A DNA stretch of 64,000 nucleotides from a virus. The notes under the pieces were generated by a model. That model had not been told where the DNA came from, did not search any database, and saw only the letters and a list, made by a program, of their open reading frames with translations. A program made the position numbers and the translations under genes. The stretch spans positions 1-64,000 of the IMG/VR virus record IMGVR_UViG_3300032236_000552. One strand, given 5' to 3'. Position 1 is the stretch's first letter; the number at the start of each line of letters is the position of its first letter. Positions 28,798 through 38,903 of this stretch are shown here, piece after piece.

Positions 28798-29073
28798 ATG
28801 ATATATCTAGATAGCAGATATGCAGATGGTCCTTTGTTCAAAGCGTTTGAGCCAAAAACGCAAACATATCAACAGACGGTCTTTCGTGCTTTCCCTACGT
28901 ATCATGTCCAGTTCTATTGGTACACAGTGACAGAGATTGACCGCATGGAAAATATTGCTGTAAAAACTTTGGGTAACCCAGAGTTGTGGTGGCAAATTAT
29001 GGATATCAACCCTGAGATTATCAACCCATTTGAAATCGCTCCTGGAACACAACTGAGGATTCCAAATGAGTAA
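28798..29073 (+). CDS. LysM-like baseplate protein (P2 gpX / T4 gp53-like)
   Basis: DRMENIA...LGNPELWWQIMDINP...PGTQLRIP. Confidence 0.85.
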   Translation: MIYLDSRYADGPLFKAFEPKTQTYQQTVFRAFPTYHVQFYWYTVTEIDRMENIAVKTLGNPELWWQIMDINPEIINPFEIAPGTQLRIPNE

Positions 29074-30322
29074 CTATTCAACACTGAATAGATATGGAAC
29101 AGATTTCTCTGTTACGTTTCCTGATTTTCCTGGGTTTAATTCAGCACCCCATTGGTTTAGGCTGTATCAAGAACAGGGTAAACAAGACGTTATAGAAATT
29201 TCCTACCCAAGTTTTAGCATGTACTTTTACAAGACGTTAAAGACAGGTGTGCCAGTTCAAGTAACTTGGACTAACGAACTTAGCAAAGGCGAATTTGTAG
29301 GTTACGTTTATAACGTATCTATGACTACTCAAGCCACTGTAAAACGTAACATAACTATCAGAGCAGTAGGCGCTTCCTTTGTTCTTAAAGAAGGTGGCAG
29401 TAAAATTTGGACAAACAAAACTGCTCCTGAGATTGTTGCGGATATCTGCAAGACCTTTAAGTTAAAGGCCGTATGCACACCGCACACCACACGTTTTAGC
29501 CAACAATCAATGGTTGGTCATACATATTGGGAAAAGATTCAAGAACTTGGGCAACGCATTGGTTATGTTGCTCAAATGATTGGTACAGAACTTCATTTCC
29601 ACCCTATCGATAACATGATAAACCAATTCAGCACATCTATTCCAGTACTGGCTTATGTGGATGGAGACATCAACGCAGGTGGGGTATACGAGGCGCAAAC
29701 CTTAGATAAGTTTAAGCCAACTGTCGGTGACATACACGAGCACGGCGGTCATACAAAGAAAACTAAAGTAATTTCAGGAATTGACCCTATTACTGGTAAA
29801 ACTTACAAAGCAACTTCTTCACCAACGACTGTAGCAAAAACAGTAAGAGCAAGTACTTCTGACCCATTGTTTAACCACATTATCCCTACCCGTGTAACAG
29901 ACACACCAAATATGGCTAAAGCGATGGCAGACGCTTTTGCACAATTGGCTCGGTTTAACGTCACTGCCGAAGGCGCTGGTCAAGGAGATTCCAGAATCTC
30001 TCCTTATCGGTTGATTGAGATAAATGGAACTGGTGACACTACGGATGGGTTCTGGATAGTAAACAAAGCCGTTCACTTTGTTACTTACGATGGACGTTAC
30101 ACCGTTGAGTTCACCTGTATGACAGACGGCACTGACACAAACAAGCCCTCAGCATTTAGACCTACTAAAGCAGGGGTAGTTCCTGCAAGAAATATTGCAC
30201 ATGAGGCTACTACAGGGGCCGTAAGTAAACCCACTACTAGTAAACTTAACACAAAGCAGGCAATGATAAAGCAGACTGCCTCTGGGTTTAAGGTAACACC
30301 AAGACGATGGGTTGGTAAATGA
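29066..30322 (+). CDS. Baseplate hub protein (P2 gpD / Mu gp44-like)
   Basis: TAPEIVADI, YWEKIQEL, LHFHP and DGFWIVNKAVH patterns; position in the baseplate block. Confidence 0.8.
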   Translation: MSNYSTLNRYGTDFSVTFPDFPGFNSAPHWFRLYQEQGKQDVIEISYPSFSMYFYKTLKTGVPVQVTWTNELSKGEFVGYVYNVSMTTQATVKRNITIRAVGASFVLKEGGSKIWTNKTAPEIVADICKTFKLKAVCTPHTTRFSQQSMVGHTYWEKIQELGQRIGYVAQMIGTELHFHPIDNMINQFSTSIPVLAYVDGDINAGGVYEAQTLDKFKPTVGDIHEHGGHTKKTKVISGIDPITGKTYKATSSPTTVAKTVRASTSDPLFNHIIPTRVTDTPNMAKAMADAFAQLARFNVTAEGAGQGDSRISPYRLIEINGTGDTTDGFWIVNKAVHFVTYDGRYTVEFTCMTDGTDTNKPSAFRPTKAGVVPARNIAHEATTGAVSKPTTSKLNTKQAMIKQTASGFKVTPRRWVGK

Positions 30323-30720
30323 TGGAAGTCGCTATCTCTTTACCATTTGCTATTGACCAATATGGAAAGGTTACGGACACTACTGACCAGTCTAAGATTT
30401 GGTCAGACCGAGTACGTTCTGTTATTGGAACCAATCTTCGTGAAAGATTGATGAACCCAGACTTTGGAACTTTGGTTCCTACGGCTTTTATGGAGACTGA
30501 TGAAGCAGCCTCTTCTATGGTCTCTACAGAAGTTGAGCGGGCTTTTACTACTCAACTTAGCCTACTGAAGTTACAGTCTGTCGATTCAACGTTTGATGAG
30601 TACACAGGCAGCCTAAATATCGACATCATTTACGACCTACCTAACAACACCCAAGTAAACACAACGGTTTCGATTGTTTCAATCAGTGGAACCAACCAAC
30701 CAAATGAGGAGTTACTATGA
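30319..30720 (+). CDS. Baseplate wedge protein gp25/gpW-like
   Basis: TNLRERLMNPDFGT motif. Confidence 0.9.
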   Translation: MMEVAISLPFAIDQYGKVTDTTDQSKIWSDRVRSVIGTNLRERLMNPDFGTLVPTAFMETDEAASSMVSTEVERAFTTQLSLLKLQSVDSTFDEYTGSLNIDIIYDLPNNTQVNTTVSIVSISGTNQPNEELL

Positions 30721-32270
30721 CCGTTGCGTCAGTATCCGATATTCCAATTTCGATTAACTACACTGGTCGTGACTATTACGCCATTCGTGAGCAACTAATT
30801 GCACGAATTCAGAACAGAATTCCTGCTTGGACTGGTACTAACCCAGCCGACTTTGGCATTGCTTTGATTGAAGCCTTTGCTTACATGGGCGACTTGATGT
30901 CCTATTACATCGACCGAAACGCAAACGAAAGTTTTATCGCTACAGCAACCCAACGTGATAGCGTCGTTAACATTGCTCAAGCCTACGGTTATATACCCGC
31001 AGGATACCGTGCAGCAAACGTTACTCTAACCTTCTCTAACTCCTCAACAGATACTTCGGTAACAATCCCAGCAGGAACAGTTGTGTCTGGTGATGTAGTT
31101 ACTAACGATGTAGTTAATACGGTTTACTTTACTACAGTATCTGATGTAGTCAGCAACGTAGCGGATAACAACGGAACCGTTACAGTAATTGCTACAGAAG
31201 GACAGAATGTTCAGCGTGTTTCTAGTCAAGCAAACATTTACGGAGAACTTCTTGGAAGTTCACTCGGAACACCAAACCAATCTTTTGAACTACTTGAAAA
31301 CCCAGTCGTAGATGGTAGTGTCTCCATTAACGTACTTGAGGGAGACAACTACTCCTCATGGAAACAGGTTCAACACCTAATTGATTACGGTCCTTATGAC
31401 CAAGTGTTTGCTATCACAACAGACGCAAACAACAACGTATTTGTTAACTTTGGCGATGGCGTATCTGGTCAAATTCCAACTAACCTCGCAGATATCAGAG
31501 CAGACTACACTGTTGGTGGCGGAGTTTTAGGTAATATCAAAGCATTAACAATTACAAACATTGTATACATGCCAGGCGTTAATTCTAATACATTGACTGC
31601 TTTGCAAAGTTTCCTTACAGTAACTAACGAAACAGAAGCAATTGGTGGTTCAGAACCTGAAAGCCTTGAAGAGATTCGTTATGCAGCGCCTCTAACTCTA
31701 CGAACAAATAACCGTGCTGTAACTCTAGAAGACTTCAAGAATATTGCTAAGAGAGTTACTGGAGTAGGAAAAGCAAACGCAACTGCTTCCACCTGGACTT
31801 CAGTTACCATCTACCTTGCCCCATCACGGTCTGCATCAGACACCGATTTACAGCCAGGATTAGATGACTCTGGTACACCAACATCTGAATACAACACTCT
31901 TGCAACAGACGTTAAGTCTGCTTTGTCTACTTCTTCCCTTATCGGTACGTCAGTAACCACACAGGCCCCTACTTATGTAGACGTTATCCTTGCTATCCAA
32001 TATGCAAAGCGTCCTCAATACACAGACGCTCAAGTAGAAGCCGATATCAAGTCTAAGATTATTACCGACTATGGTTACATTAACTTAGACTTTGGTGATG
32101 TCATCTACCCTCAAGATGTCGAACAATCTTTGAATAGTCTTTCCTCTATTCGTGTGGCGACTGTTACCGCTATGTTCCGACAAGGTGGCTCAGGCCAAAA
32201 TACCTTGACTGCTTCTGTTGGTGAAATATTCCGTTTTCAAGAGTCGAACATAAGTATCAGTAGCCTCTAA
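30717..32270 (+). CDS. Baseplate J-like wedge protein (T4 gp6-like)
   Basis: YTGRDY, AYMGDLMSYYID, FGDGVSG, GGSEPES and RAVTLEDF motifs. Confidence 0.9.
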   Translation: MTVASVSDIPISINYTGRDYYAIREQLIARIQNRIPAWTGTNPADFGIALIEAFAYMGDLMSYYIDRNANESFIATATQRDSVVNIAQAYGYIPAGYRAANVTLTFSNSSTDTSVTIPAGTVVSGDVVTNDVVNTVYFTTVSDVVSNVADNNGTVTVIATEGQNVQRVSSQANIYGELLGSSLGTPNQSFELLENPVVDGSVSINVLEGDNYSSWKQVQHLIDYGPYDQVFAITTDANNNVFVNFGDGVSGQIPTNLADIRADYTVGGGVLGNIKALTITNIVYMPGVNSNTLTALQSFLTVTNETEAIGGSEPESLEEIRYAAPLTLRTNNRAVTLEDFKNIAKRVTGVGKANATASTWTSVTIYLAPSRSASDTDLQPGLDDSGTPTSEYNTLATDVKSALSTSSLIGTSVTTQAPTYVDVILAIQYAKRPQYTDAQVEADIKSKIITDYGYINLDFGDVIYPQDVEQSLNSLSSIRVATVTAMFRQGGSGQNTLTASVGEIFRFQESNISISSL

Positions 32271-32773
32271 TGGACAACATTAAGACCCTGCACGGTTTTT
32301 ATCGAGGAGTCGTTACAAATAATAAAGACCCCTTAAACCAAAACCGTCTGCAATTGCAGATACAGACTTCACCTGGAGAGGTGACTTCTTGGGCATGGTC
32401 TATGGAGCCTGCAAACATCCACACCCCAGCACCTGCAATAGGTCAAGGAGTATGGGTTCATTTTATAGCGGGTGACCCAGAGTTCCCTGTTTGGTTTGGA
32501 CAGTTTGGAACACACCAAGCAAAAAGCAAAAAATTATTGGTGGCACCTTTAGCAAACACAGTTTCTTTAACTGGGTTGACCCCGTACCTAAAGATTGTTA
32601 CTCAAAAAGATGGAACTCAAGAGGTTGACCTTATGGCTACTTTAGTTGCCGTTGCCGCAAAACTTGTGGACCATGAAACACGCATACATAGCCTAGAAAC
32701 CCAATTAACCACTTTACACAACACATTGGCTACAAGAACCTCGCCAAGCCACACACACGGAATCAATGGCTAG
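32270..32773 (+). CDS. Baseplate spike protein (gp5/gpV OB-fold)
   Basis: YRGVV..NKDP...RLQ, PAIGQGVWV.F.AGDPEFPVW, and a C-terminal HTH motif. Confidence 0.85.
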   Translation: MDNIKTLHGFYRGVVTNNKDPLNQNRLQLQIQTSPGEVTSWAWSMEPANIHTPAPAIGQGVWVHFIAGDPEFPVWFGQFGTHQAKSKKLLVAPLANTVSLTGLTPYLKIVTQKDGTQEVDLMATLVAVAAKLVDHETRIHSLETQLTTLHNTLATRTSPSHTHGING

Positions 32774-32840
32774 TAGTTAAGGCAGTAAATGGGGGGCAAA
32801 AAAGAGAAAATAGACCGACAGGTTTGAGAGGATAAGCCAC

Positions 32841-33362
32841 ATGGCAAATGCAACGCCGTTATACCCAGGTCAAGTACGTAGTTTTGGAAACGACGTAGTT
32901 GACTTTAGCGACACCATCCTCGCTCAACACGTCAACTATCTTCGTGCTGAAGTTAACTCAATTGAGACAGTACTTGGTACGTACCTAACTACCAGTTCTG
33001 GGTTCTCTGGGTCCTTTGTACAGCAACCAATTACTTATGTTTGGAACACACTGAAAGACCGTTTGGCAAACATTGAGTACGGACTAAGCACTGCCTACAG
33101 TGCCAAGACTCCTGCTGGAGGAACAAGTGGTCAACTTCTTGTAAAGAACTCTAGTAGCGATTACGATTTTTCTTGGACAACCGTTAGTTTCTTACCGTCA
33201 CAATCTGGAAACAATGGTAACTTCTTAACTACTAACGGAACGTCAGCAACATGGGCAGCCATTAGTCAGGTACCTTCACAATCTGGAGCAACAAATAAGT
33301 TCTTAAAATCTAACGGAACAACTGCCTCATGGAGTAACTCCATCGATGGTGGTACTCCCTGA
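32841..33362 (+). CDS. Short tail fibre / baseplate-attached protein
   Basis: PAGGTSGQLLVK and PSQSG..G.FL.TNGT..W fibre repeats; ends IDGGTP. Confidence 0.6.
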   Translation: MANATPLYPGQVRSFGNDVVDFSDTILAQHVNYLRAEVNSIETVLGTYLTTSSGFSGSFVQQPITYVWNTLKDRLANIEYGLSTAYSAKTPAGGTSGQLLVKNSSSDYDFSWTTVSFLPSQSGNNGNFLTTNGTSATWAAISQVPSQSGATNKFLKSNGTTASWSNSIDGGTP

Positions 33363-33376
33363 CCAAGGAGTTGTAA

Positions 33377-35392
33377 ATGTCTAAATACGGTGACGTAATC
33401 TATGGAGGTAGCCGATACGGTGCTACTCCTAAACTCTCTTACTCTGTTGAACCAATGTCTTTGGACGTGGTTCAGTTTGGCGTTGTAAACGCATACTTCC
33501 AAGCACCCGCTGGAACATTCACCCGTGTTCGTCTTGTAAGAAACCAAAGCGGATTTCCTGAGACAGCAGAAGACGGCGTCATTGTTTTTGAACAAGGGTC
33601 TATGGACGGAAGTTCTTTAGAGGGCCATATCAACCTTCCGTATGTATCTTCTTTAGGCCATGAGTTTAGAGACGGTATCGATAACCCAGACCAACCAGCG
33701 ATAGCGTCTGGTAAAAACATTTACTACTCAGTGTTTCTATACACAGGTAATCAAATTTGGGTTAATGCTGGAAACATTACCGACGTTATTCCTGCAAACA
33801 GCGGTGTAACAGACAAGATGATTAACCTCATGCCTCGTGTGTTAACTAGTTCTGAACTAACACCACTAGGTGTCGTTGATGAAAACTCAGACCTGTACAA
33901 ATTCTTAGACGGTTTTGGCTTTACCTATGAAGAGTGGCTAACACGCATTGCTCTTATCCGACCATCTCATAACCTTGAAGAATCTAACTACTCAACCATC
34001 CCTGGTGAGTTCTTGAACTTAGGTCTTACTCCAGAACCAAACTTACCCGTAGTTAATCAACGTCGACTTATTCGTGAAGCAATATACCTTTACAGCCAAA
34101 AGGGAACTAAGGCTGGATTATCAAACTATATCGAATCTTTAACTGGATTTGCACCAACAATCTCTTTGTCAGTTAACCAAATGCTTTCTATTCAAGACTC
34201 CACCTTTTTTCAAGGAATTGGAAACTGGACTGGAACAAACGCAGTTATTGAATCCTCTACACCTAATGGCGGAGCACGAATAGTAGACGGAGTTATTGAT
34301 ACGACTTACGCAGGAAAGGTAACCACGTCTGCAAGTAACGCAGTTATTAAACTTGGAGTAGACAGCCCTTTAACAAAGGGAGTTGTAGTAAACCCCAACG
34401 TTATTACATCGTATTCCTGCGTAGTAATGTCTCCTACCAGTGCTGGAGATGTAACTCTTTCCTATGAGTTCTATAACAAAGACGCTAATTTGTTAAACTA
34501 CACATACGGATACATGACAGTCTCTGCAACACCAACATGGAAAAGTGTTCACACAATCTCAACAACTTCTTCTCCATTCGATGCCGCTTATGCGGTGTTA
34601 AAAGTCACCTTCAGTAACCCTGGAGTCTATTATGTAGACCAGTTCTGTGTTCAAGATGGGAGTGGTGGTGGAAACCCCCCAGTGTATGACGAAGCACGTG
34701 CTGTAAACATTGTTCTTGCTCCAAAGAAGACCAACTACATAGAGAACCCATCTTTTGAAGTCGATGCTTCAGGTTGGACTTTGACAAACCTTACATTTTC
34801 TCAAGACCCAACTAACTACCCAATGGAAGGTTACCCAAGTCTAAATAGTGGAAAGTTCACCATGGTAAGCGATGGTGTTTGGGTTTTGGCTAACACCTCA
34901 AAGATTCCTGTTGACCCAGGAACTTGGTTCAATGTTTCCATGTTTGCGTACTCCATGGACCTTCCTGGTATGGATATGTACATCGACGTGTATGACGCTG
35001 ATGACAACCTACTAACCTCCTTTAGCGACTCACACATGATGGGCATGATGTGGATGCGTCACTTTGTTCGTGGACTAATTGACTTAAAGGGAACTGCTGA
35101 CCATGCCCATGTTCGGTTTACAGGAACAGGACTTGCTGGACAGTCTTTTGCATTGGACATGATTCAAGCAGAAGACACCTACAGCCCAACAGATTACTTT
35201 GACGGTTCTATGCCAGTAGTTACAGGCGCACTTTGGGCAGGAACGGCTAACGCCTCAGTTAGTTACCTGTACCCAAACAAAGAGGTCAAGTTCACCCGAC
35301 TAAAGCAAACCCTAAACTATTGGATGCCGCCTAACATGTTCTGGCGGGTAAGCACACCTGCGGGATTGGAATACAACAGCCAAACCGTGTAA
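33377..35392 (+). CDS. Baseplate wedge/tail protein (gpI-like) with carbohydrate-binding-like domains
   Basis: YSQKGT and NYIENPSFE..ASGW (CBM4/9-like), plus YFDGS. Confidence 0.7.
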   Translation: MSKYGDVIYGGSRYGATPKLSYSVEPMSLDVVQFGVVNAYFQAPAGTFTRVRLVRNQSGFPETAEDGVIVFEQGSMDGSSLEGHINLPYVSSLGHEFRDGIDNPDQPAIASGKNIYYSVFLYTGNQIWVNAGNITDVIPANSGVTDKMINLMPRVLTSSELTPLGVVDENSDLYKFLDGFGFTYEEWLTRIALIRPSHNLEESNYSTIPGEFLNLGLTPEPNLPVVNQRRLIREAIYLYSQKGTKAGLSNYIESLTGFAPTISLSVNQMLSIQDSTFFQGIGNWTGTNAVIESSTPNGGARIVDGVIDTTYAGKVTTSASNAVIKLGVDSPLTKGVVVNPNVITSYSCVVMSPTSAGDVTLSYEFYNKDANLLNYTYGYMTVSATPTWKSVHTISTTSSPFDAAYAVLKVTFSNPGVYYVDQFCVQDGSGGGNPPVYDEARAVNIVLAPKKTNYIENPSFEVDASGWTLTNLTFSQDPTNYPMEGYPSLNSGKFTMVSDGVWVLANTSKIPVDPGTWFNVSMFAYSMDLPGMDMYIDVYDADDNLLTSFSDSHMMGMMWMRHFVRGLIDLKGTADHAHVRFTGTGLAGQSFALDMIQAEDTYSPTDYFDGSMPVVTGALWAGTANASVSYLYPNKEVKFTRLKQTLNYWMPPNMFWRVSTPAGLEYNSQTV

Positions 35393-35401
35393 TGTGAGGG
35401 C

Positions 35402-35674
35402 ATGACTAGTCTCCTCATATCCGTAATTCTTGCAGGTTCTGCAACTACCTTCATCGTTGAGTTCGTTGCTCTTTGGGCAACTCTCTTTTTCAAAAAAGAA
35501 TCAATCTATGTAGCCCTGTCATTGCCGCTTAGTTATGGCGCCCTTTATCTACTAGGGTGTTCAGGTAAGTCACTGGGTGTTTCTATTCCAGCATCAGCCT
35601 TCGTAGCCCTTATGCTCAACAAGTATCTTAACAAGCCAACCCCATCTACATTCCAACGTTTGCCACGACTCTAG
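35402..35674 (+). CDS. Small membrane protein (holin-like)
   Basis: Three hydrophobic segments in 90 aa at the end of the tail module; TAATGT 6 nt upstream. Confidence 0.5.
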   Translation: MTSLLISVILAGSATTFIVEFVALWATLFFKKESIYVALSLPLSYGALYLLGCSGKSLGVSIPASAFVALMLNKYLNKPTPSTFQRLPRL

Positions 35675-35683
35675 GAGGGTCTT

Positions 35684-36274
35684 ATGAAACTTGCCATTAT
35701 CTCTTTTGAAGATGTGGACGTCACACGTGGCCTCAACGCCATTTTGGACCACTATGCAGATAAATCGCCCGAAGTATTTTTTCCAGTATCACCCGACGAG
35801 GAAGACTTTTCCCAATCAGTTCTCCGTGTCTGCATAGACCGTAACGTTAAAGTTACAGCCTTCTTCGACAACGTATTTGGCGTTGACCACATTCTCAATC
35901 AGGCATCGGACACCGTCATCACTGACGACCCTGTCGGTGAGTTACTTCGACAGTTGAACACAGGCGACGCCATTGGCATCGTATGGAATGACGAGATTGA
36001 AGAACACCACGTTGTCCATTCGGTAGAAGACCTAGCGTTGGACACATGGGACATTACTGAAGGACTCGATAAGATTCAGATTGACGATGACTTCAATGAC
36101 TTAGGTAGCGATGAGTTGCACGACGCTCTTATGAAGCACCTCGGCATGTTCGTCGATTTGCTGGCAGCGTTCGTGGCTTCTACTGTGATGGAGTCGCTCT
36201 CGCAGGCAGTAGCCGAGCACCTTGCTAACGAAATAGGCAAAAAGGACATTTTCCCCAAGCGAGATGATGAGTAG
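35684..36274 (+). CDS. Acidic hypothetical protein
   Basis: SD aggagg; 196-aa ORF with no recognised motif. Confidence 0.55.
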   Translation: MKLAIISFEDVDVTRGLNAILDHYADKSPEVFFPVSPDEEDFSQSVLRVCIDRNVKVTAFFDNVFGVDHILNQASDTVITDDPVGELLRQLNTGDAIGIVWNDEIEEHHVVHSVEDLALDTWDITEGLDKIQIDDDFNDLGSDELHDALMKHLGMFVDLLAAFVASTVMESLSQAVAEHLANEIGKKDIFPKRDDE

Positions 36275-36283
36275 ACTGCTCCC

Positions 36284-37246
36284 GTGAAAATACCTGTAGA
36301 AGCCTATTCCGCCAACCTTACGGATTACCAGTTCCGACTACTGGCTGTTTTATGCCATTTAGCGGGCGCCAGAGGCCCTGTAAAGGCTTCAGCAGCCGAG
36401 TTGGGTATACAGACTGGCAATGTGCATGAGAAGACGGTTCGTAGAGGCCTCAAAGCCCTTGAGGAGGCTGGCTTCATTAAGCGCACTCCTACCAAGAAGG
36501 CTGGCGGTATGCGAGGCGTTGACCGTGTGGACATTTGTGTCCAGGCGGTAGGGGACGCTAATGTCCGCACAACAGGTGATAAGGTGACTAATAGTTACAG
36601 TAGCCAAATAGTAGATAAGCCATTAGTACCTAATAGCCAAGATAGTTATAAATTAAAAGAATCTGAAACCGAAGGTTTCACAAAGGAGATTAAGGTTCCT
36701 ATGAGAAAATGGGAAGATGATGGAGACGATTTGGCGGGCTTTGGACTTGTCGAGGAGCGAGACGCACCACAGCCAAAGATTCGTAAGTCAGACCCCAAGA
36801 CTCGTGGAAAGCGACCAGAGCACGAGTGGACAGCGATGGACGTTGCTGCTGAGTTTAGTTACCAAGTTGGCAGGAAGTACCCGCTACTTCCAGGAACTGT
36901 CAATGTCAAGGAACTATCAGGAGCGCTCCGCAAGTTCCGAACACAGTACGGAACAACCCCGCTCGTAGAGTTAGAACTGCTCCGCCTGTTCATGCAGGAC
37001 GAGCGTAACTTCCGTGACATCGGGGATGAAGCCCCTCACCTTTACAAGAAGTACCTTGCCTCCTTTGGCAAGAAGATGAACCAAGCACGGGAGAACCTTG
37101 GACTGAACAAGGTCACTGCGAAAGTTGAAACTGCCCAGACATCTGATAGGCTCGTTGCTAGCGATGGTCGTTCATTCCAGAACTCGCTGTCTGGACGTGC
37201 ACAACTAAAGCGGCACGAAGAACGATTAAAGGGCGTTAACAAATGA
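36284..37246 (+). CDS. Replication initiator-like protein with N-terminal winged HTH
   Basis: LTDYQFRLLAVL...SAAELG...EKTVRRGLKALEEAGFI; lies upstream of a DnaC-like loader and DnaB. Confidence 0.7.
   Translation: MKIPVEAYSANLTDYQFRLLAVLCHLAGARGPVKASAAELGIQTGNVHEKTVRRGLKALEEAGFIKRTPTKKAGGMRGVDRVDICVQAVGDANVRTTGDKVTNSYSSQIVDKPLVPNSQDSYKLKESETEGFTKEIKVPMRKWEDDGDDLAGFGLVEERDAPQPKIRKSDPKTRGKRPEHEWTAMDVAAEFSYQVGRKYPLLPGTVNVKELSGALRKFRTQYGTTPLVELELLRLFMQDERNFRDIGDEAPHLYKKYLASFGKKMNQARENLGLNKVTAKVETAQTSDRLVASDGRSFQNSLSGRAQLKRHEERLKGVNK
36529..36660. other. Putative replication origin inside the initiator gene
   Basis: Two GGAC-N5-TGTCC dyads (36529-36542, 36553-36566) followed by an AT-rich tract with tagccaa and atagtta repeats. 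Confidence 0.5.
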
Positions 37247-37383
37247 CAGAAGATGAACTCAACGAAGCACTGACGACTTTGTTAGACCTTGGTCTTATCA
37301 GTGTAGAGTACGACGAGAATCTTGAAGCACACTTCTCTCTAACTGAAGAGGGAATTCAAGAAGCAAAAAGAAGGGGAATGTAA
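37243..37383 (+). CDS. Small hypothetical protein (46 aa)
   Basis: ATGA-coupled; MTEDELNEALTTLLDLGLISVEYDENLEAHFSLTEEG resembles a wHTH wing. Confidence 0.55.
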   Translation: MTEDELNEALTTLLDLGLISVEYDENLEAHFSLTEEGIQEAKRRGM

Positions 37384-37478
37384 TGAGATTAATTCTCGGC
37401 ATAGTAATCGTGGTAATCAGTACTGCGACTAGTGCAAACATCATCCTAGGAGGATATAAAAAATGGCAAAGAAAGTAA
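37383..37478 (+). CDS. Small membrane peptide (31 aa)
   Basis: TAATG-coupled; MRLILGIVIVVISTATSANIILGGYKKWQRK. Confidence 0.45.
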   Translation: MRLILGIVIVVISTATSANIILGGYKKWQRK

Positions 37479-37741
37479 CTTACTCTGTCGATGCCCAAGC
37501 CCGTAAGAACACCGAAAAGGGTGGAGCATGGCTTGCGACATTTACACTTCGTAACGAAGACGAACAAGAAGTAGTCTTCGAAACAACTACTGCGTGGACA
37601 AATGCTAATGCTTGCAAGCGTTGGTTGAAGTCGGTAGTTGTAGAACGCACCACACGCAAGAGCATCAAGATGTCTGTAACCGCTACAGACGCAAACGACA
37701 AGGCAACAGTTGTTGTAGGAACATTGGTATTCAAATCATGA
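37463..37741 (+). CDS. Hypothetical protein
   Basis: Strong SD aggagg. Confidence 0.6.
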   Translation: MAKKVTYSVDAQARKNTEKGGAWLATFTLRNEDEQEVVFETTTAWTNANACKRWLKSVVVERTTRKSIKMSVTATDANDKATVVVGTLVFKS

Positions 37742-37875
37742 GACTCGTATATCCAACAGACAATAAGTTTCTCCGTTTCCTCGGAGACGTACTCCTTACC
37801 TTCGGTTCTTGGTTAGTAACCAAGGGCGAGAAGTGGGGCGGACTCTACGAACTAGAACTCGGTGACGACGAATAA
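37738..37875 (+). CDS. Small hypothetical protein (45 aa)
   Basis: ATGA-coupled start at 37738; stop abuts the next gene. Confidence 0.5.
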   Translation: MRLVYPTDNKFLRFLGDVLLTFGSWLVTKGEKWGGLYELELGDDE

Positions 37876-38598
37876 ATGTACGACATCAATGAGTTGTCTC
37901 CTCTCAAGAAGTCATGGTTACTCCGTACTTCTAACATCCCACGTCGATTCCTCGGACTAGAACCACAGGACATTATTGACCGTGCTGGTTCTTTCCCTAG
38001 AGAGGTCAGTGACTGGATTGAGGACGTTGCCAACAAGCAAGTTATCAAGCAGATTGGTCACATCGGTACAAACGGTGTTGGCTTGTTGTTTGATGGCGGC
38101 CCTGGCATTGGAAAGACAACTCATGCTGTTGTGGCAGCGATGGAGATAATCCGTCACCTGCCAGAGGACGAGGCCCTAGCCAGCAATGTGCTGGGGCTAA
38201 ATCCCAAAGACTTTGGACTCAAGATGCGTCCTGTGTATTACATGACCTATCCAGAGTTCCTCTCCAAAAAGAAGTCCACCTTCGATATGGAAGGCGAGGA
38301 CAAGCGAGAGATGATGTACGAATTGGACGGTCTTCACGGTCGCTCTAAGTTTGACTGGCTTAATGTGCGTGTCTTGGTTATTGATGACCTGGGCAAGGAA
38401 TATGGTTCTAAATACGACGATACTTCTTTTGACGAGATTTTGCGCCTTCGCTATGACAAAGGCCTTCCGACTATCGTTACCACCAACGTGCGCCTAGAAA
38501 ATTGGGAAGCACAATACGGAGAAGCCATGGGCAGTTTCGCCAATGAAGCCTTCGTTAGAGTTCCTATAATTGGTTCAGACCTACGTGGTGCACAGTGA
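37876..38598 (+). CDS. DnaC/IstB-like AAA+ helicase loader
   Basis: Walker A GGPGIGKT, Walker B LVIDDLGKE, and RYDKGLPTIVTTN. Confidence 0.9.
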   Translation: MYDINELSPLKKSWLLRTSNIPRRFLGLEPQDIIDRAGSFPREVSDWIEDVANKQVIKQIGHIGTNGVGLLFDGGPGIGKTTHAVVAAMEIIRHLPEDEALASNVLGLNPKDFGLKMRPVYYMTYPEFLSKKKSTFDMEGEDKREMMYELDGLHGRSKFDWLNVRVLVIDDLGKEYGSKYDDTSFDEILRLRYDKGLPTIVTTNVRLENWEAQYGEAMGSFANEAFVRVPIIGSDLRGAQ

Positions 38599-38903
38599 AA
38601 GGACAACCCATGACAACACCGTGGCGAACGGTGCAGCAGTTTATCTCTGCACAGGGCGTGGGAGTCTTTGACGTAGAAGTCGATACTGAAACAAAAGACA
38701 CCCGATGCAACTGCCCCGTGTACGACAAGCAGGGTTCATGTAAGCACGTGCGGTATGTCAATATGAAGATTAAGCATAATGAAGGTCATTACTCCATCAT
38801 GGTTCCTAATGAGGTGCCAGAGGAGATGGCTGCAGATGCTCACGATGACCCTGAGAAGTTCCGTGAGTTCGTTGTTAAATATGCAAAGATAGAAGTCCTA
38901 TGA
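38595..38903 (+). CDS. SWIM zinc-finger protein
   Basis: CNCP...CKH motif. Confidence 0.75.
   Translation: MKGQPMTTPWRTVQQFISAQGVGVFDVEVDTETKDTRCNCPVYDKQGSCKHVRYVNMKIKHNEGHYSIMVPNEVPEEMAADAHDDPEKFREFVVKYAKIEVL

Noticed and set aside
21075-35392. Bacterial extracellular contractile injection system or tailocin
   Set aside because: The sheath, tube and baseplate genes are contiguous with a major capsid gene and a full phage replication module.
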